DNA of 64,000 nt from Candidatus Latescibacterota bacterium (GCA_965208835.1 OZ242358.1:64001-128000), one strand, 5' to 3'; shown: positions 20,710 through 31,676, numbered from the stretch's first letter. Notes: generated by a model not told the origin, from the letters alone. Translations and numbers: made by a program.

Positions 20710-21135
20710 GCGGGGAGCCGGGAGACGGTAGATGAGATCATTGCCGGGTAGGTTATTCCTCGTTGCCTCCGGCACGAGAAGAAATCTGACAAGGCAGGAT
20801 GTCTCTCCCGTCTAACGTCTCCCCTCTCACCAGGTGGTGGGGCGGGGTGTGGTCCTCTCCCCTCTCCCGGCTTGCGTCTACCCGCTTCTGGGGGCCGGGG
20901 GGAGAGGTCGGAAAAAGGCGGTTAGACGGTAGAGGTGAGCCGGTAGAAGAGATCCTTGCCCGATACTTTATTCCTTCTTGCCTTCGGCACGAGAAGAAGC
21001 CTCACAAGGCAGGCAATCTCTCCCGTCTACCGTCTTGCGTCTCACCAGGTGGTGGGGCGGGGTGTGGTCCTCTACCCTCTCCCGTCTTCCGTCTCCCCGC
21101 TTTTAAGGAACACGCCGTAGGCAGGGAATTCGGGG
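20710..21135 (+). repeat. Repeat family B, two tandem copies (~20710-20900 and ~20918-21135)
   Basis: Two copies of the core plus shared CACCAGGTGGTGGGGCGGGGTGTGGTCCTCT; tail shared with the copy at 60105. Confidence 0.8.
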
Positions 21136-21223
21136 AGATGTGGACGTTGACTTTGCGTCTCGTTTTTGATTTTAGCTGATTGCTGACGGCTGATCGCTGA
21201 CAGCTTCTATAAGGGTTTTTATA

Positions 21224-23923
21224 ATGAGCAACGCCAAGGATCCCTTCGGGCTGCGCGACCGGTTGCCCACGGCCGGCGGCGACTTGTGGATCTATCGTCT
21301 GGATCGCCTGGAAGCGGACGGCGTCGGCGCGGTTTCGCGATTGCCCTTCACCATAAAGGTGCTGCTGGAGGCCGCGTTGCGGAATCTGGACGGATATCTC
21401 GTGTCCGAAGACGATGCGGCGGGGTTGGCCGGATGGAATGCGGCGGCGCCCACACAGGCTGAGGTCCCTTTTATGCCGGCGCGGGTGGTATTGCAGGACT
21501 TTACCGGCGTGCCCTCCCTGGTCGATCTGGCCGCGCTGCGTTCCGCCATGGCGCGGATGGGAAAGGACCCGAGGCGGATCGAGCCGCGGATTCCGGCCGA
21601 CCTGGTGATCGACCATTCCGTCCAGGTCGACCGTTTCGCCCGCCACGACGCGCTGCGCATCAACGCGGAAATCGAATTCGATCGGAACCGGGAACGGTAT
21701 GAATTCCTGCGGTGGGGGGCCAATGCATTCGAGAAGTTCAAGGTCGTGCCGCCCGCCACGGGAATCGTACACCAGGTGAACCTGGAATACCTGGCGAAGG
21801 GGGTTGTGCGCCAGCGAGGCGTCGCGTTTCCGGACAGCCTGGTGGGAACGGACTCGCATACGACAATGATCAACGGCCTGGGCGTACTGGGTTGGGGCGT
21901 TGGCGGGATCGAGGCTGAGGCGGTCATGTTGGGGCAGCCCATCTACATGGCCACGCCCGAGGTGGTTGGCTTCAAGCTGTACGGCAGCCTGCCCGACGGC
22001 GCGACCGCGACGGACCTCGCGTTGACGGTCACCCAGATGCTGCGCGCAAAAGGCGTGGTGGGCAAATTCGTCGAGTTCTACGGAACGGGCCTGTCCGGCA
22101 TCAGCCTCGCCGACCGCGCAACCATCGCCAATATGGCGCCGGAATACGGCGCGACCGTGGGTTTCTTTCCTGTAGACGCGGAAACGCTGCGGTACCTGGA
22201 ACGAACCGCGAGGTCGACGGAGGAGGTGGACCTTGTGGCGCGGTATACCCGGGCGCAGGGTCTGTTCCGCACGGACGAAACGCCGGAACCGGCCTTCACG
22301 GAAACGCTTGAGATGGACCTGGGCGCCGTGGAGCCGAGTCTGGCCGGGCCGAAGAGGCCGCAGGACCGCGTGCCGCTGGACACCATGAAACAGGGTTTCG
22401 AGAACGCGTTGGTGTCACCCGTCGGCCACAACGGTTTCGGTGTGGACGAGGCGGGTCGAGACAGGAAACTGACCGTGGCGGCGAACGGTCGGGCCGAGAT
22501 CGGACACGGCGCGGTGGTGATCGCGGCCATTACCAGTTGCACGAACACGAGCAACCCCTCGGTGATGGTTGGCGCGGGGCTTCTCGCCAGGAAGGCCGTG
22601 GAACGAGGCCTGACGGTGCCTTCTTACGTAAAGACGAGCCTGGCGCCGGGGTCGCGCGTGGTCACGGAATATCTGAATGCGGCCGGGCTGACGCCCTACC
22701 TGGAACAACTCGGATTCCACACGGTTGGATACGGGTGCACCACCTGCATCGGCAACAGCGGTCCGCTGCCGGGTCCCGTGGTGGCTGCTATTGACGAAGG
22801 CGACCTGGTGGCCGCGTCGGTCCTCTCGGGCAACCGGAACTTCGAGGGCCGCGTGAACCCCCACGTAAAGGCCAACTATCTCGCGTCTCCGCCCCTGGTG
22901 GTGGCCTACGCCCTCGCCGGCCGGGTCGACGTGGACCTGGCCACCGAACCCCTGGGAGAGGATGCCGATGGAAATCCGGTTACGCTGAGGGACATCTGGC
23001 CCACACAGGATGAAATCTCGGACACCATCGCGCACGCGCTGAAGCCGGAGATGTTCGAAACGCAGTACAGCAACGTATTCGACGGCAACGAGACCTGGAA
23101 CGCCATCGCGGGGCAGGAAGCGGCGCTGTATTCATGGAATGCGGACAGCACCTACGTGCAGGAGCCGCCGTTCTTCACGGATCTGACCGAAGAACCGGCG
23201 CCCGTGCGGGAGATTCGCGGCGCGCGGGTGCTGGTGATGCTGGGAGATTCGGTAACGACCGACCACATTTCACCCGCGGGCAGTATTGCGGTGGACAGTC
23301 CGGCGGGAAGGTACCTCATCGAAAGCGGCGTGGCGCCGAAGGACTTCAACTCGTACGGGTCCCGGCGGGGCAATCACGAAGTGATGGTGCGCGGTACGTT
23401 CGCGAATATACGCATCCGTAATCACCTGGCGCCGGGGACCGAGGGCGGTGTCACCGTCCAACTGCCCGGCGGCGAGCAGATGCCGATCTACGACGCGGCG
23501 GTGAGATACGCGCAGGAGGGCGTGTCGCTGGTCGTCCTGGCCGGCAAGGAGTACGGCGCGGGGTCGTCGCGGGACTGGGCGGCCAAAGGGCCGGCGCTTC
23601 AGGGGGTGCGGGCCGCGATCGCGGAAAGTTACGAACGGATTCATCGCAGCAATCTGGTGGGCATGGGGGTACTGCCGCTGGAATACAAGCCCGGAGAAAG
23701 CGCGGATTCGCTGGGACTCACCGGCAGAGAGGTATTCGATATCGAGGGAATCGGCGACGACCTGCGCCCGCTGCAGGACGCAACCGTGACGGCGACGGCG
23801 GAAGACGGCGCCGTCACGACATTTACCGCCACGGTGCGCATCGACACCCCCGTGGAAATCGACTACTATCGGAACGGAGGCATTCTCCACACCGTTCTCA
23901 GGAATTTCCTGAAGGAGTCCTGA
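21224..23923 (+). CDS. acnA: Aconitate hydratase A
   Basis: [46 protein letters not shown]. Confidence 0.97.
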   Translation: MSNAKDPFGLRDRLPTAGGDLWIYRLDRLEADGVGAVSRLPFTIKVLLEAALRNLDGYLVSEDDAAGLAGWNAAAPTQAEVPFMPARVVLQDFTGVPSLVDLAALRSAMARMGKDPRRIEPRIPADLVIDHSVQVDRFARHDALRINAEIEFDRNRERYEFLRWGANAFEKFKVVPPATGIVHQVNLEYLAKGVVRQRGVAFPDSLVGTDSHTTMINGLGVLGWGVGGIEAEAVMLGQPIYMATPEVVGFKLYGSLPDGATATDLALTVTQMLRAKGVVGKFVEFYGTGLSGISLADRATIANMAPEYGATVGFFPVDAETLRYLERTARSTEEVDLVARYTRAQGLFRTDETPEPAFTETLEMDLGAVEPSLAGPKRPQDRVPLDTMKQGFENALVSPVGHNGFGVDEAGRDRKLTVAANGRAEIGHGAVVIAAITSCTNTSNPSVMVGAGLLARKAVERGLTVPSYVKTSLAPGSRVVTEYLNAAGLTPYLEQLGFHTVGYGCTTCIGNSGPLPGPVVAAIDEGDLVAASVLSGNRNFEGRVNPHVKANYLASPPLVVAYALAGRVDVDLATEPLGEDADGNPVTLRDIWPTQDEISDTIAHALKPEMFETQYSNVFDGNETWNAIAGQEAALYSWNADSTYVQEPPFFTDLTEEPAPVREIRGARVLVMLGDSVTTDHISPAGSIAVDSPAGRYLIESGVAPKDFNSYGSRRGNHEVMVRGTFANIRIRNHLAPGTEGGVTVQLPGGEQMPIYDAAVRYAQEGVSLVVLAGKEYGAGSSRDWAAKGPALQGVRAAIAESYERIHRSNLVGMGVLPLEYKPGESADSLGLTGREVFDIEGIGDDLRPLQDATVTATAEDGAVTTFTATVRIDTPVEIDYYRNGGILHTVLRNFLKES

Positions 23924-24043
23924 TCCGCGGGCTCGGACCGGAGAAAGACAGGCTCCCAATCCGGCGGATCAAAAAAAGAAACCGGGTCCTTAAGGTCCCC
24001 GGCCGTAGTTGAATCCTGATGATCGGTACAACAAAGGTTGACT

Positions 24044-24967
24044 TCAATAATCGAGTTTCCGGACGCTGGACCGAACGGCCTCCGCGGATGAATGGAACGC
24101 ATTCTGTTCGTCCGGCGTGAGGCCGATTTCGATGATTTCCTCCACGCCGGAAGCGCCCAGCTTGACCGGGACGCCCATATAAAGATCGCGGACGCCGTAC
24201 TGGCCGGTTAGCCAGGCGGCGCAGGGAAGGATGCGTTTCTTGTCCCGTACAATGGCCGCGACCATTTCGGCAATGGCGGAAGCGGGCGCGTAGAAGGCGC
24301 TGCCCGTTTTAAGGTGTGCGACAATCTCGGCGCCGCCGTTCCGGGTGCGTTCCACCAGCCGTTCGATTACGGATTCGTCGAGCAGTTCGGAAAGCGGAAT
24401 GCCGGCCACGGACGAGTAGCGGGGCAGTGGCACCATGGAATCGCCGTGGCCCCCCAGCACGAAGGCGGTCACGTCTTCCACGGAAACGTCCAGTTCATCC
24501 GCGATAAAATAACGAAAACGCGCAGAATCAAGAATGCCCGCCATGCCAACGACACGAGCGGGCGAGAACTCCGTAACTTTCAGCGCCACGTAAGCCATTG
24601 CGTCGAGGGGATTCGTCACCACGATGACAATGGCGTCGGGCGCTGTTTCTTTGACGCGTTCGCAGACCGAACCGACGATATCGGCGTTTGTCGTCAGCAG
24701 GTCGTCGCGGGTCATGCCCGGCTTGCGCGCCAACCCTGCGGTAACAACGACGATGTCGGATCCGGACAGGCTTCCGGAATCGCTTGTACCTGCAACCCGG
24801 GTATCGAAGCGGTCCACCGGCGCCGCCTCGGCCAGGTCCAGGGCTTTACCCTCTGGAATGCCCTCGGCGACGTCGAGCAGAATCAGTTCGCGGGCGAGCT
24901 CCCGTTCGGCGATATGCTGAGCGGCAGTCGCTCCCACGTTGCCGGCGCCAACTACTGAGATCTTCAA
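24044..24967 (-). CDS. mdh: Malate dehydrogenase (LDH-like)
   Basis: [28 protein letters not shown]. Confidence 0.95.
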   Translation of the reverse strand: MKISVVGAGNVGATAAQHIAERELARELILLDVAEGIPEGKALDLAEAAPVDRFDTRVAGTSDSGSLSGSDIVVVTAGLARKPGMTRDDLLTTNADIVGSVCERVKETAPDAIVIVVTNPLDAMAYVALKVTEFSPARVVGMAGILDSARFRYFIADELDVSVEDVTAFVLGGHGDSMVPLPRYSSVAGIPLSELLDESVIERLVERTRNGGAEIVAHLKTGSAFYAPASAIAEMVAAIVRDKKRILPCAAWLTGQYGVRDLYMGVPVKLGASGVEEIIEIGLTPDEQNAFHSSAEAVRSSVRKLDY

Positions 24968-24974
24968 TACCGGG

Positions 24975-25235
24975 CTACTCCGCCCTCGCGTAGACGCTGA
25001 CCTTCTTTCGACGCTTGTTCATGTTCTGGAAGGTCACGATGCCGTCGACCAGGGCAAAAAGCGAATCGTCTTTGGCTCGCTTTACCATGTCTCCCGGATG
25101 GATCCGCGTGCCGCGCTGCCGGACGATGATGCTGCCGGCGGTGACATACTGACCGCCGAAGACTTTGACGCCCAGACGCTGTCCGCGGCTGTCGCGGCCG
25201 TTCCGGGAACTTCCGACCCCTTTTTTATGGGCCAT
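24975..25235 (-). CDS. rpmA: 50S ribosomal protein L27
   Basis: [16 protein letters not shown]. Confidence 0.98.
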   Translation of the reverse strand: MAHKKGVGSSRNGRDSRGQRLGVKVFGGQYVTAGSIIVRQRGTRIHPGDMVKRAKDDSLFALVDGIVTFQNMNKRRKKVSVYARAE

Positions 25236-25301
25236 GCGGATACCCTCCTCTCCTGCCCCGTGCGGGTCGGCGAGAATCCCGACGCCGCGGCAGAAGTGCG
25301 A

Positions 25302-25613
25302 TTATGCTGAAATGCCGTCGATCCGGAGTTCCGTAAAGGGCTGACGATGGCCGTTTTTCCGCCGGTAGCCCTTTCGGCGTTTCATTTTGAAGATCGTGAT
25401 TTTATCGTGCTTACCGTGTCCCAGGACGCTGGCCTCGACGGCGGCCCCGTCCACCTGCGGCCTGCCGATGCTGGTTTCGCCGTCTTTGGATACCAGCAGC
25501 ACGCGATCCAGGGTGAGTGACGCTCCGGCTTCGGCCTTCAGGCGGGAGACACGAATGCGGTCTCCTTCCTGAACCTTGACCTGTTGACCGGCTATTTCCA
25601 CAACGGCGTACAT
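25302..25613 (-). CDS. rplU: 50S ribosomal protein L21
   Basis: MYAVVEIAGQQ...KRRKGYRRKNGHRQ. Confidence 0.97.
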   Translation of the reverse strand: MYAVVEIAGQQVKVQEGDRIRVSRLKAEAGASLTLDRVLLVSKDGETSIGRPQVDGAAVEASVLGHGKHDKITIFKMKRRKGYRRKNGHRQPFTELRIDGISA

Positions 25614-25656
25614 GAAAAAACCTCCGCAATTCGAATTGGCGCATCCGGCCGTTTCA

Positions 25657-25818
25657 GAAGTTGTTTTAAAATTACCGGTGAGTTCCCGAGCGCGAGCGAA
25701 AAAGCGGCGGGCAAGGCGGGAAAACCCGCCCATATTTGTCTATACGGGTGGGTTTGACCAACGCCGACCGGCGCTTTTGCAGCCGCGCGAAGACCGCTGG
25801 GAATTTTAAGACAGCTTC
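25657..25818 (+). mobile_element. MITE copy 4 (162 bp)
   Basis: TIRs GAAGTTGTTTTAAAATT / AATTTTAAGACAGCTTC, perfect TCA target duplication. Confidence 0.9.
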
Positions 25819-25865
25819 TCAAGCGTGAAACGGGCCGGAAACGGTAACAAAGACGGCAGGTTTTG

Positions 25866-27407
25866 TCAAGTTTTAAATTTGTCCGTAATGTCCAGGTTTC
25901 GCTTCCGGGAATACATCCGGTACGCGTCAACGGACAGGTCCGGGTCGTGCTCCACGTTCAGCCAGACCCGGGTGGACCTTCGGATCCTCTTGAGACGTTC
26001 GCGGCGGTTTTCGAGGATGAAATCTCCCACCGTGGGGTTGACGTGCACGGTAAGTCTTCGTTCCACCGATGCGGCCCTGGACCGCTTGAGCCAACGCTCG
26101 ATGCGGGCGAGCGTAGACTCCCGGCTGGGCACGCGTCCGCTGCCGTGGCATTCGGGACAGGTCTCGCTGAAGGTGAACATAAGACTCGGGCGTACCCTCT
26201 GCCGCGTCATTTCCATGAGGCCGAACTCGCTGATCTCCGAGAAACGGGGCCGGGACCGGTCTCTCCTGACGGCCTGCCTGAATTCGTTTTCGACCTTCTT
26301 GCGGTTCTGGGCGATGGCCATGTCGATGAAGTCGATCACGATGATGCCCCCGATATCGCGCAGGCGAAGCTGGCGCGCGATCTCCCTTGCGGCCTCGAGA
26401 TTGATCTTCAACACGTTTTCTTCCTGGTTCGACCGGCCCACGAATCGGCCGCTGTTCACGTCGATTGCAAACAGCGCCTCGGTATGGTCCAGAACCAGGT
26501 ATCCGCCGCCCTTCAGCCAGACCTTGCGGTCCGAACACTTCTCGATTTCGCTTTCGACACCGAAGGCGTCGAAGATGGGTGCGCTGTCCCTGTGGTATTC
26601 CACGCGTTCACGGAGATGTGGCGAAGTGGATTTGAGGTACGCCAGAATCTTCTTGTATTCCTGCTTGGCGTCCACCACCAGGCGGTCCACCTCGTCGGTA
26701 AACAGGTCGCGTATGATACTCGACGTCATGCCCATTTCTTTGTGCAGAATGCTGGCGGGGTCGGCGTTTCCGTACTGTTTCTGGATGCGCGACCATACAT
26801 TCATCAATTGCTTGAGGTCCCGCATCATCTCCCTGTCGCCCTTGCCGGATGCTTCGGTCCGCACGATGATGCCGTAGCCGTCGGGTCGAATGTCGCGGCC
26901 AAGGTCCTTCAGCCTTCGTTTCTCGGGAATGTTCGTGATCTTCCGGGAAACGCCCACCTTCTCCCCGTTGGGCACCAGCACCATGAACCGGCCGGGCAGG
27001 GAGGGCACCGCCGTGACCCTGGGGCCCTTGGTGCCAATGGGTTCTTTCTTGACCTGAACAAGGACCTCCTGGCCTTTCTGGATAAGATCCTGTATGGGAA
27101 TGACCGATTTGCCGTTTACATGGGTTCGCGCGTCGATTTCCTCAAGTGTTTCTTCATTCAGGCCCACCATTGAGCCGGGAGAACCGGGCATGTCGGAGGC
27201 GTGGAGAAAAGCGCTTTTTTCAAGGCCGATATCCACAAAGGCGGCCTGCATTCCAGGAAGCACCGCGGAAACGGTTCCCTTGTAGATATCGCCCACCATG
27301 CGTTCGTTCTCGGCGCATTCGACGAGAATTTCCACCAGCTTTCCATCTTCCAGAACTGCAATTCTAGATTCGTGCGACCCTACGTTGATTACGATTTCGT
27401 TCTTCAC
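25866..27407 (-). CDS. rng: Ribonuclease E/G family endoribonuclease
   Basis: S1 domain GMQAAFVDIG, IDVNSG, GGIIVIDFIDM, CPECHGSG Zn-link. Confidence 0.93.
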   Translation of the reverse strand: MKNEIVINVGSHESRIAVLEDGKLVEILVECAENERMVGDIYKGTVSAVLPGMQAAFVDIGLEKSAFLHASDMPGSPGSMVGLNEETLEEIDARTHVNGKSVIPIQDLIQKGQEVLVQVKKEPIGTKGPRVTAVPSLPGRFMVLVPNGEKVGVSRKITNIPEKRRLKDLGRDIRPDGYGIIVRTEASGKGDREMMRDLKQLMNVWSRIQKQYGNADPASILHKEMGMTSSIIRDLFTDEVDRLVVDAKQEYKKILAYLKSTSPHLRERVEYHRDSAPIFDAFGVESEIEKCSDRKVWLKGGGYLVLDHTEALFAIDVNSGRFVGRSNQEENVLKINLEAAREIARQLRLRDIGGIIVIDFIDMAIAQNRKKVENEFRQAVRRDRSRPRFSEISEFGLMEMTRQRVRPSLMFTFSETCPECHGSGRVPSRESTLARIERWLKRSRAASVERRLTVHVNPTVGDFILENRRERLKRIRRSTRVWLNVEHDPDLSVDAYRMYSRKRNLDITDKFKT

Positions 27408-27556
27408 TCGTACCTGACCCTTCGTTATTTATAAACATCTTATATTTTAATATGTTACAAAAACGTAACAGAAACGCGTACCCTGGGCAAGGAGATTGTC
27501 CCCTGAGCAGCGGCATGCGGGTGCAGTGGGGGCATTCAGCGTGCCGACGGGGAACC

Positions 27557-28294
27557 CTACTTTTCAACGACCTGTCTCGGGAAGATCGTGATCTCCTCCG
27601 CGATCGCGCGGCCGGGAAGCTGGGCGACCATCAGCGCTGCGGCGGCGATGTCTTCGGGCGGGAGCGCGGCCGCCCGTTTCTCGTCGGAGACCGGGTTGGG
27701 GCGAAGATCCAGGATGGGCGTGTCGACCTCTCCGGGAAAGATGCAACACGCCCGGATGCCGGTCTCTCGGAACTCCGCGTTGATGGACTGGTTCAGGGCG
27801 GCCATGCCGAACTTGGATGCGCAATAGGCAACGCCCGCAATTTTGCCGGACCGCTTGCCGGCCATGGAAGAGATGTTGATGACCAGCCCGTCGCCCTGTT
27901 TCTCCATGTGCGGCATGACGGCCCGGAATGCGTTGAAGGCGCCCGTGAGATTGATGTCGACAACGCGGTCCCAGTCCTCGTCGGATATGTCTCTGAGGCC
28001 ACGCTGCAGGGTGTTGATGCCGGCGTTGTTTACCAGGATATCGATGCGCCCGAACCGCTCGACGGTCTGGTCCGATAGGGCTTTGACAGAGTCCCTGCAG
28101 GTGACGTCGGCCGGCACGCAGAGCGTCTCTGCCGCGGCATTGCGCGCTGACCCGGCGGTTTCTTCCAGCACGTCGGCGCGTCGACCGGCGAGGACGCAAT
28201 TCATGCCTGCATTGCAGAACGCCACGGCGATGGCGCGGCCGATGCCCGTGCCCGCGCCAGTGATAACGGCGGTTTTGACGTGAGTATCCGTCAT
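27557..28294 (-). CDS. Short-chain dehydrogenase/reductase
   Basis: TGAGTGIG, NNAG, YCASK; real start MTDTHVK within the 716 aa track ORF. Confidence 0.88.
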   Translation of the reverse strand: MTDTHVKTAVITGAGTGIGRAIAVAFCNAGMNCVLAGRRADVLEETAGSARNAAAETLCVPADVTCRDSVKALSDQTVERFGRIDILVNNAGINTLQRGLRDISDEDWDRVVDINLTGAFNAFRAVMPHMEKQGDGLVINISSMAGKRSGKIAGVAYCASKFGMAALNQSINAEFRETGIRACCIFPGEVDTPILDLRPNPVSDEKRAAALPPEDIAAAALMVAQLPGRAIAEEITIFPRQVVEK

Positions 28295-28597
28295 TGGATG
28301 TTTATCTCCGAACGCGATAGAAGATGAAGCCACTGCAGCAGAAACGGGGTCGGAATCGGCTGCGTGTTCCATTGACCGGAGCGAATGCGTGGCGGTTGGT
28401 CGGCAACCCGGTATTCTGCGCTTCCCGCCGACAATAATGTAGGCATTCCATGTGGTAATGTCAAATGAGGGCTCCTGAAGAACGGCATTGGCGTTGAACA
28501 GGTTGGCGAATTCCATTTGGAAGTGACAATTGTTCCTGGTTTGTATATATTTATTGCCTGACGTCTGGCGCGATTCGCGCATTGCGGGGGACCACCG

Positions 28598-29824
28598 ATG
28601 GAAATGATCACGATGGACGAGGCGATTGACCTCGTCCTGCAACATACGTCGCCGATCGACGAAACAAACGCCGGCCTGATGGACGCACTGGGGTGTACTC
28701 TTGCGGCCGACGTGCGATCGGATATCGACATGCCGCCGTTCGACAAAGCGACAATGGACGGGTACGCGGTGGTCGGGGAAGACGTCGCGAACGCACAACG
28801 GCAACGTCCGGCCGTTCTCGACGTGATCGAAGAGATTCCCGCCGGGTCCGTTCCTCAAAAGAAGGTGGCACCCGGCCAGGCCGCCCGGATTATGACGGGT
28901 GCGCCGATGCCCGATGGCGCGGATACGGTCGTGATGGTGGAAGATACCGTCCCGGAGCGGGACGGGGAATGCGTGCGGGTGCTGGCGCCAACGGAGCCGG
29001 GTCGCAATGTCGCGCCGCTGGGTGAAGACGTGAGACGCAATCAGGTCGTCCTGGAAGCCGGTACGTGGATCCGCCCACCGGAAATCGGAATCCTGGCGGC
29101 GGTGGGCGTGGTGAGCGTGCCGGTGTATCGCCGTCCCGTGGTGGGTGTGGTCGCCACCGGCAGCGAAATCGTGGAGCCCGGAAGCAACCCGGGGGCGGGG
29201 CAGATCAGGAACAGCAACGGATATTCGATGATGGCGCAAGCGCTCCGGTCCGGCGCGCAGACGCGGTATCTGGGCATCGTGGAAGATGACGAGGACGCCC
29301 TGAAGGCCGTGATTTCCCGCGGCCTGGACGAATGCGACGTGGTCCTTCTTTCCGGGGGGGTTTCGGCCGGAATATACGACCTGGTGCAGGGCGCGATGCG
29401 GGATTGCGGCGTGGAGATCCACTTCGATCGAATCCGGATGAAGCCGGGCAAACCCCTTACCTTTGGTGCGCGCGGCAACAAACTCGTGTTCGGGCTGCCT
29501 GGGAATCCGGTCTCGGCGGTGGTGGGCCTGGAACTGCTGGTCCGCCCGGCCGTTCGAAAGATGCAGAGGATGTCGGAGATCCACCGGCCGATGGTACGGG
29601 GCAGGCTGGCGCAGGAGTTCCGGCAGTCGCCCGGGCGCAAGCAGTTCGTGCCGGCCCGGTCCGGGGAAGTCAACGGATGTTGGGAGAGCAACTGGGTGGG
29701 CCACCATGGATCGGCGGACCTGTTTTCGCTATCGCGGGCGAACAGCCTCTTTGTGGTTGAGGCCGAAGTGGACACGCTCGACGCCGGCGCGGAAGTGGAC
29801 ATCGTGCTGCTGGAAGAGTGGTAG
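28598..29824 (+). CDS. moeA: Molybdopterin molybdenumtransferase MoeA
   Basis: PPFDKATMDGYAV, IMTGAPMP, SGGVS, KPGKP, LPGNP. Confidence 0.95.
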   Translation: MEMITMDEAIDLVLQHTSPIDETNAGLMDALGCTLAADVRSDIDMPPFDKATMDGYAVVGEDVANAQRQRPAVLDVIEEIPAGSVPQKKVAPGQAARIMTGAPMPDGADTVVMVEDTVPERDGECVRVLAPTEPGRNVAPLGEDVRRNQVVLEAGTWIRPPEIGILAAVGVVSVPVYRRPVVGVVATGSEIVEPGSNPGAGQIRNSNGYSMMAQALRSGAQTRYLGIVEDDEDALKAVISRGLDECDVVLLSGGVSAGIYDLVQGAMRDCGVEIHFDRIRMKPGKPLTFGARGNKLVFGLPGNPVSAVVGLELLVRPAVRKMQRMSEIHRPMVRGRLAQEFRQSPGRKQFVPARSGEVNGCWESNWVGHHGSADLFSLSRANSLFVVEAEVDTLDAGAEVDIVLLEEW

Positions 29825-29898
29825 CGCGAAGACCGACCTTACTCAATAGGCGATCTGACCGAATTAACTATGGCTAAGGGATCTTTCGGACAATTGGC

Positions 29899-30369
29899 AT
29901 GGCGAGTCTGACCCACATCGCCGACGATGGGACCGTAAGGATGGTGGACGTCACCGGGAAAGCCGTGACCGACCGCGTGGCGGTTGCGGGCGGTGAAATC
30001 GTCATGGCGCCGGAGACGGCGCGCCTGGTTTCCGGTGGCGCGATGCCCAAGGGAAACGTGCTGGAAACCGCCAGGATCGCCGGGATCATGGCGGCGAAAC
30101 GGACGTGGGAACTGATACCACTCTGCCATCCGGTCGATCCCACGGGCATCGAACTCATCTTTGAGGTGGGGCAGGATCGAATCGAGGCGGAAGCCAGCGT
30201 GCGCGTGACGGGCAAGACCGGCGTGGAAATGGAAGCGCTGACGGCCGTGAGCGCGGCGCTGCTGACCGTCTACGACATGTGCAAGGCCGTGGACAAGGAC
30301 ATGGCGATCCGGAACATCCGCCTCCTGAGAAAAACCGGCGGCCGCAGCGGGGATTACGTTCGAACGTAG
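29899..30369 (+). CDS. moaC: Cyclic pyranopterin monophosphate synthase MoaC
   Basis: MVDV, LIPLCHP, TGVEMEALT, YDMCKAVD. Confidence 0.96.
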   Translation: MASLTHIADDGTVRMVDVTGKAVTDRVAVAGGEIVMAPETARLVSGGAMPKGNVLETARIAGIMAAKRTWELIPLCHPVDPTGIELIFEVGQDRIEAEASVRVTGKTGVEMEALTAVSAALLTVYDMCKAVDKDMAIRNIRLLRKTGGRSGDYVRT

Positions 30370-30561
30370 GCATTGACCCGGAAATTGCAACCAATCAACC
30401 GCCGAGTCGTCCCGTGTCGCCGCGTGGTCATTGAGCTTGTCGAAATGCCCGCGATACGCTATCCTTTCAATGCAATCGACAGTCCTCCGTCGCCAACCCA
30501 TCGCCTTGTAGGGGCGTCCCCTGTGGGCGCCCGCCTCTGGCGACGGTCCGGACACGACAAT

Positions 30562-30637
30562 GCGCCCATAGCTCAATAGGCAGAGCAGCTGACTCTTAAT
30601 CAGAAGGTTCGGGGTTCGATTCCCTGTGGGCGCACCA
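30562..30637 (+). tRNA. tRNA-Lys(CTT)
   Basis: 76-nt cloverleaf GCGCCCA...TGGGCGC-ACCA, anticodon loop CT-CTT-AA, T-loop GTTCGATTC. Confidence 0.95.
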
Positions 30638-30673
30638 ATATTCGACCGTCTCATTCGACGGTCCGACGAAGAA

Positions 30674-30712
30674 GACAAGACCCCGTCGGGAAAATTCCGC
30701 CGGGGTCTTGTC
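30674..30712. terminator. Hairpin after the tRNA
   Basis: GACAAGACCCCG...CGGGGTCTTGTC. Confidence 0.65.
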
Positions 30713-30729
30713 GAATCCGCCGGCTCGTG

Positions 30730-30822
30730 TTCGACCAGCGACACCACACCGCTGCCAACCGCATTCACAAGGCCCTGCGTTCCCTCGGCCGGGAACTGGT
30801 TGTGGAGTTCCGCGCGGCGTAA
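30730..30822 (+). pseudogene. C-terminal remnant of a HicB-type antitoxin
   Basis: FDQRHHTAANRIHKALRSLGRELVVEFRAA* resembles HicB HTH C-termini; N-terminal domain absent. Confidence 0.5.
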
Positions 30823-30831
30823 TCGTCTCCA

Positions 30832-30874
30832 GGTCCCGTTGATGTTGAGATCGTCGACTATTACTCCCCACTAA
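30832..30874 (+). pseudogene. C-terminal remnant of HigB toxin
   Basis: GPVDVEIVDY...CAC TAA matches the VEIVDYH* end of HigB; directly upstream of higA. Confidence 0.55.
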
Positions 30875-30889
30875 CCAAGGGTGTGGATT

Positions 30890-31201
30890 ATGGTGCTTAT
30901 TCCAACCAATCGTGTCCCGACTCATCCGGGTGAGATGTTACTGGAGGAATTTCTGAATCCAATGCGTTTGACACAGCGCGAATTGGCTACCGCCATTCAT
31001 GTTCCCTATCAACGGGTCAACGAACTGGTGAATGGCAGACGCGGTATCACACCCAGCACAGCCCTGCGCCTGGGTAGATATTTCAACGTGTCAGCAGCAT
31101 TTTGGCTGAATCTCCAGCTACGCTGGGATCTGTATCACGCGACACGGTCCGAGGCAGAGAAACTGAAGGCTATTTCACCACGTGTGTTAGACCTTATGTA
31201 G
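30890..31201 (+). CDS. higA: HigA family antitoxin (XRE HTH)
   Basis: PTHPGEMLLEEFL, ITPSTALRL, FWLNLQ. Confidence 0.9.
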   Translation: MVLIPTNRVPTHPGEMLLEEFLNPMRLTQRELATAIHVPYQRVNELVNGRRGITPSTALRLGRYFNVSAAFWLNLQLRWDLYHATRSEAEKLKAISPRVLDLM

Positions 31202-31362
31202 AACCGGCCGGATGACGACAAATGTCGGCTAATAATTCTAACTGCCGACATTTTATATCGACTTACGGCGGAGCTGCCTGGAGGCACTTCTGGTATGACA
31301 CGCGAAAGGCCGCGCGCCGTCGAACCCGGGTTGATTCGATCCGATAGCATTTCACGATGAAC

Positions 31363-31391
31363 TTGACAGGACTAGTCTGACTAGTTATATT
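31363..31391 (+). promoter_or_regulatory. Sigma-70 promoter with operator in the spacer (vapBC-type TA)
   Basis: TTGACA-17 bp-TATATT; spacer holds palindrome ACTAGT-CTG-ACTAGT; ATG 6 nt after the -10 box (probably leaderless). Confidence 0.75.
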
Positions 31392-31397
31392 CGTGCT

Positions 31398-31676
31398 ATG
31401 GCACTGATCTACTCAACCTACGAAGCAAAAGCGCGGTTTTCGGAAGTCATCCGGCACGTGCGCGAAGGCAGGACCGTCACGGTTTCCTATCGAGGAGAGC
31501 CTGTGGCCGAGATCCGCGGGATCCGGCGTCACAAACAGCAGACGATCGAAGAGCGGCTGGACGATCTTCGACGGCGCGGGATCCTTGTGCGATCGGGCGT
31601 GTCAAAGCAGGCGCTCCAGCCGGTCGCACGTCGGCCGGGCGCCCTGGCGCGGTTCCTGGCTGAGCGTGACGAATGA
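31398..31676 (+). CDS. Phd/YefM family antitoxin
   Basis: STYEAKARFSEVI...V..G..V.V..RGEPVA. Confidence 0.88.
   Translation: MALIYSTYEAKARFSEVIRHVREGRTVTVSYRGEPVAEIRGIRRHKQQTIEERLDDLRRRGILVRSGVSKQALQPVARRPGALARFLAERDE

Noticed and set aside
28566-28581. Sigma-54-like TGGCGCG-N4-GCGCA before moeA
   Set aside because: Poor -12 match, and too close to the start codon to leave room for the RBS.
27557-29707. 716 aa minus-strand ORF
   Set aside because: Only the last 245 aa is a real SDR; the rest is the antisense shadow of moeA.
30519-30530. 12-bp match (CCCTGTGGGCGC) to the tRNA-Lys 3' end as a possible att site
   Set aside because: It lies upstream of the tRNA inside a GTAG REP hairpin; I found no downstream direct repeat of the tRNA end.
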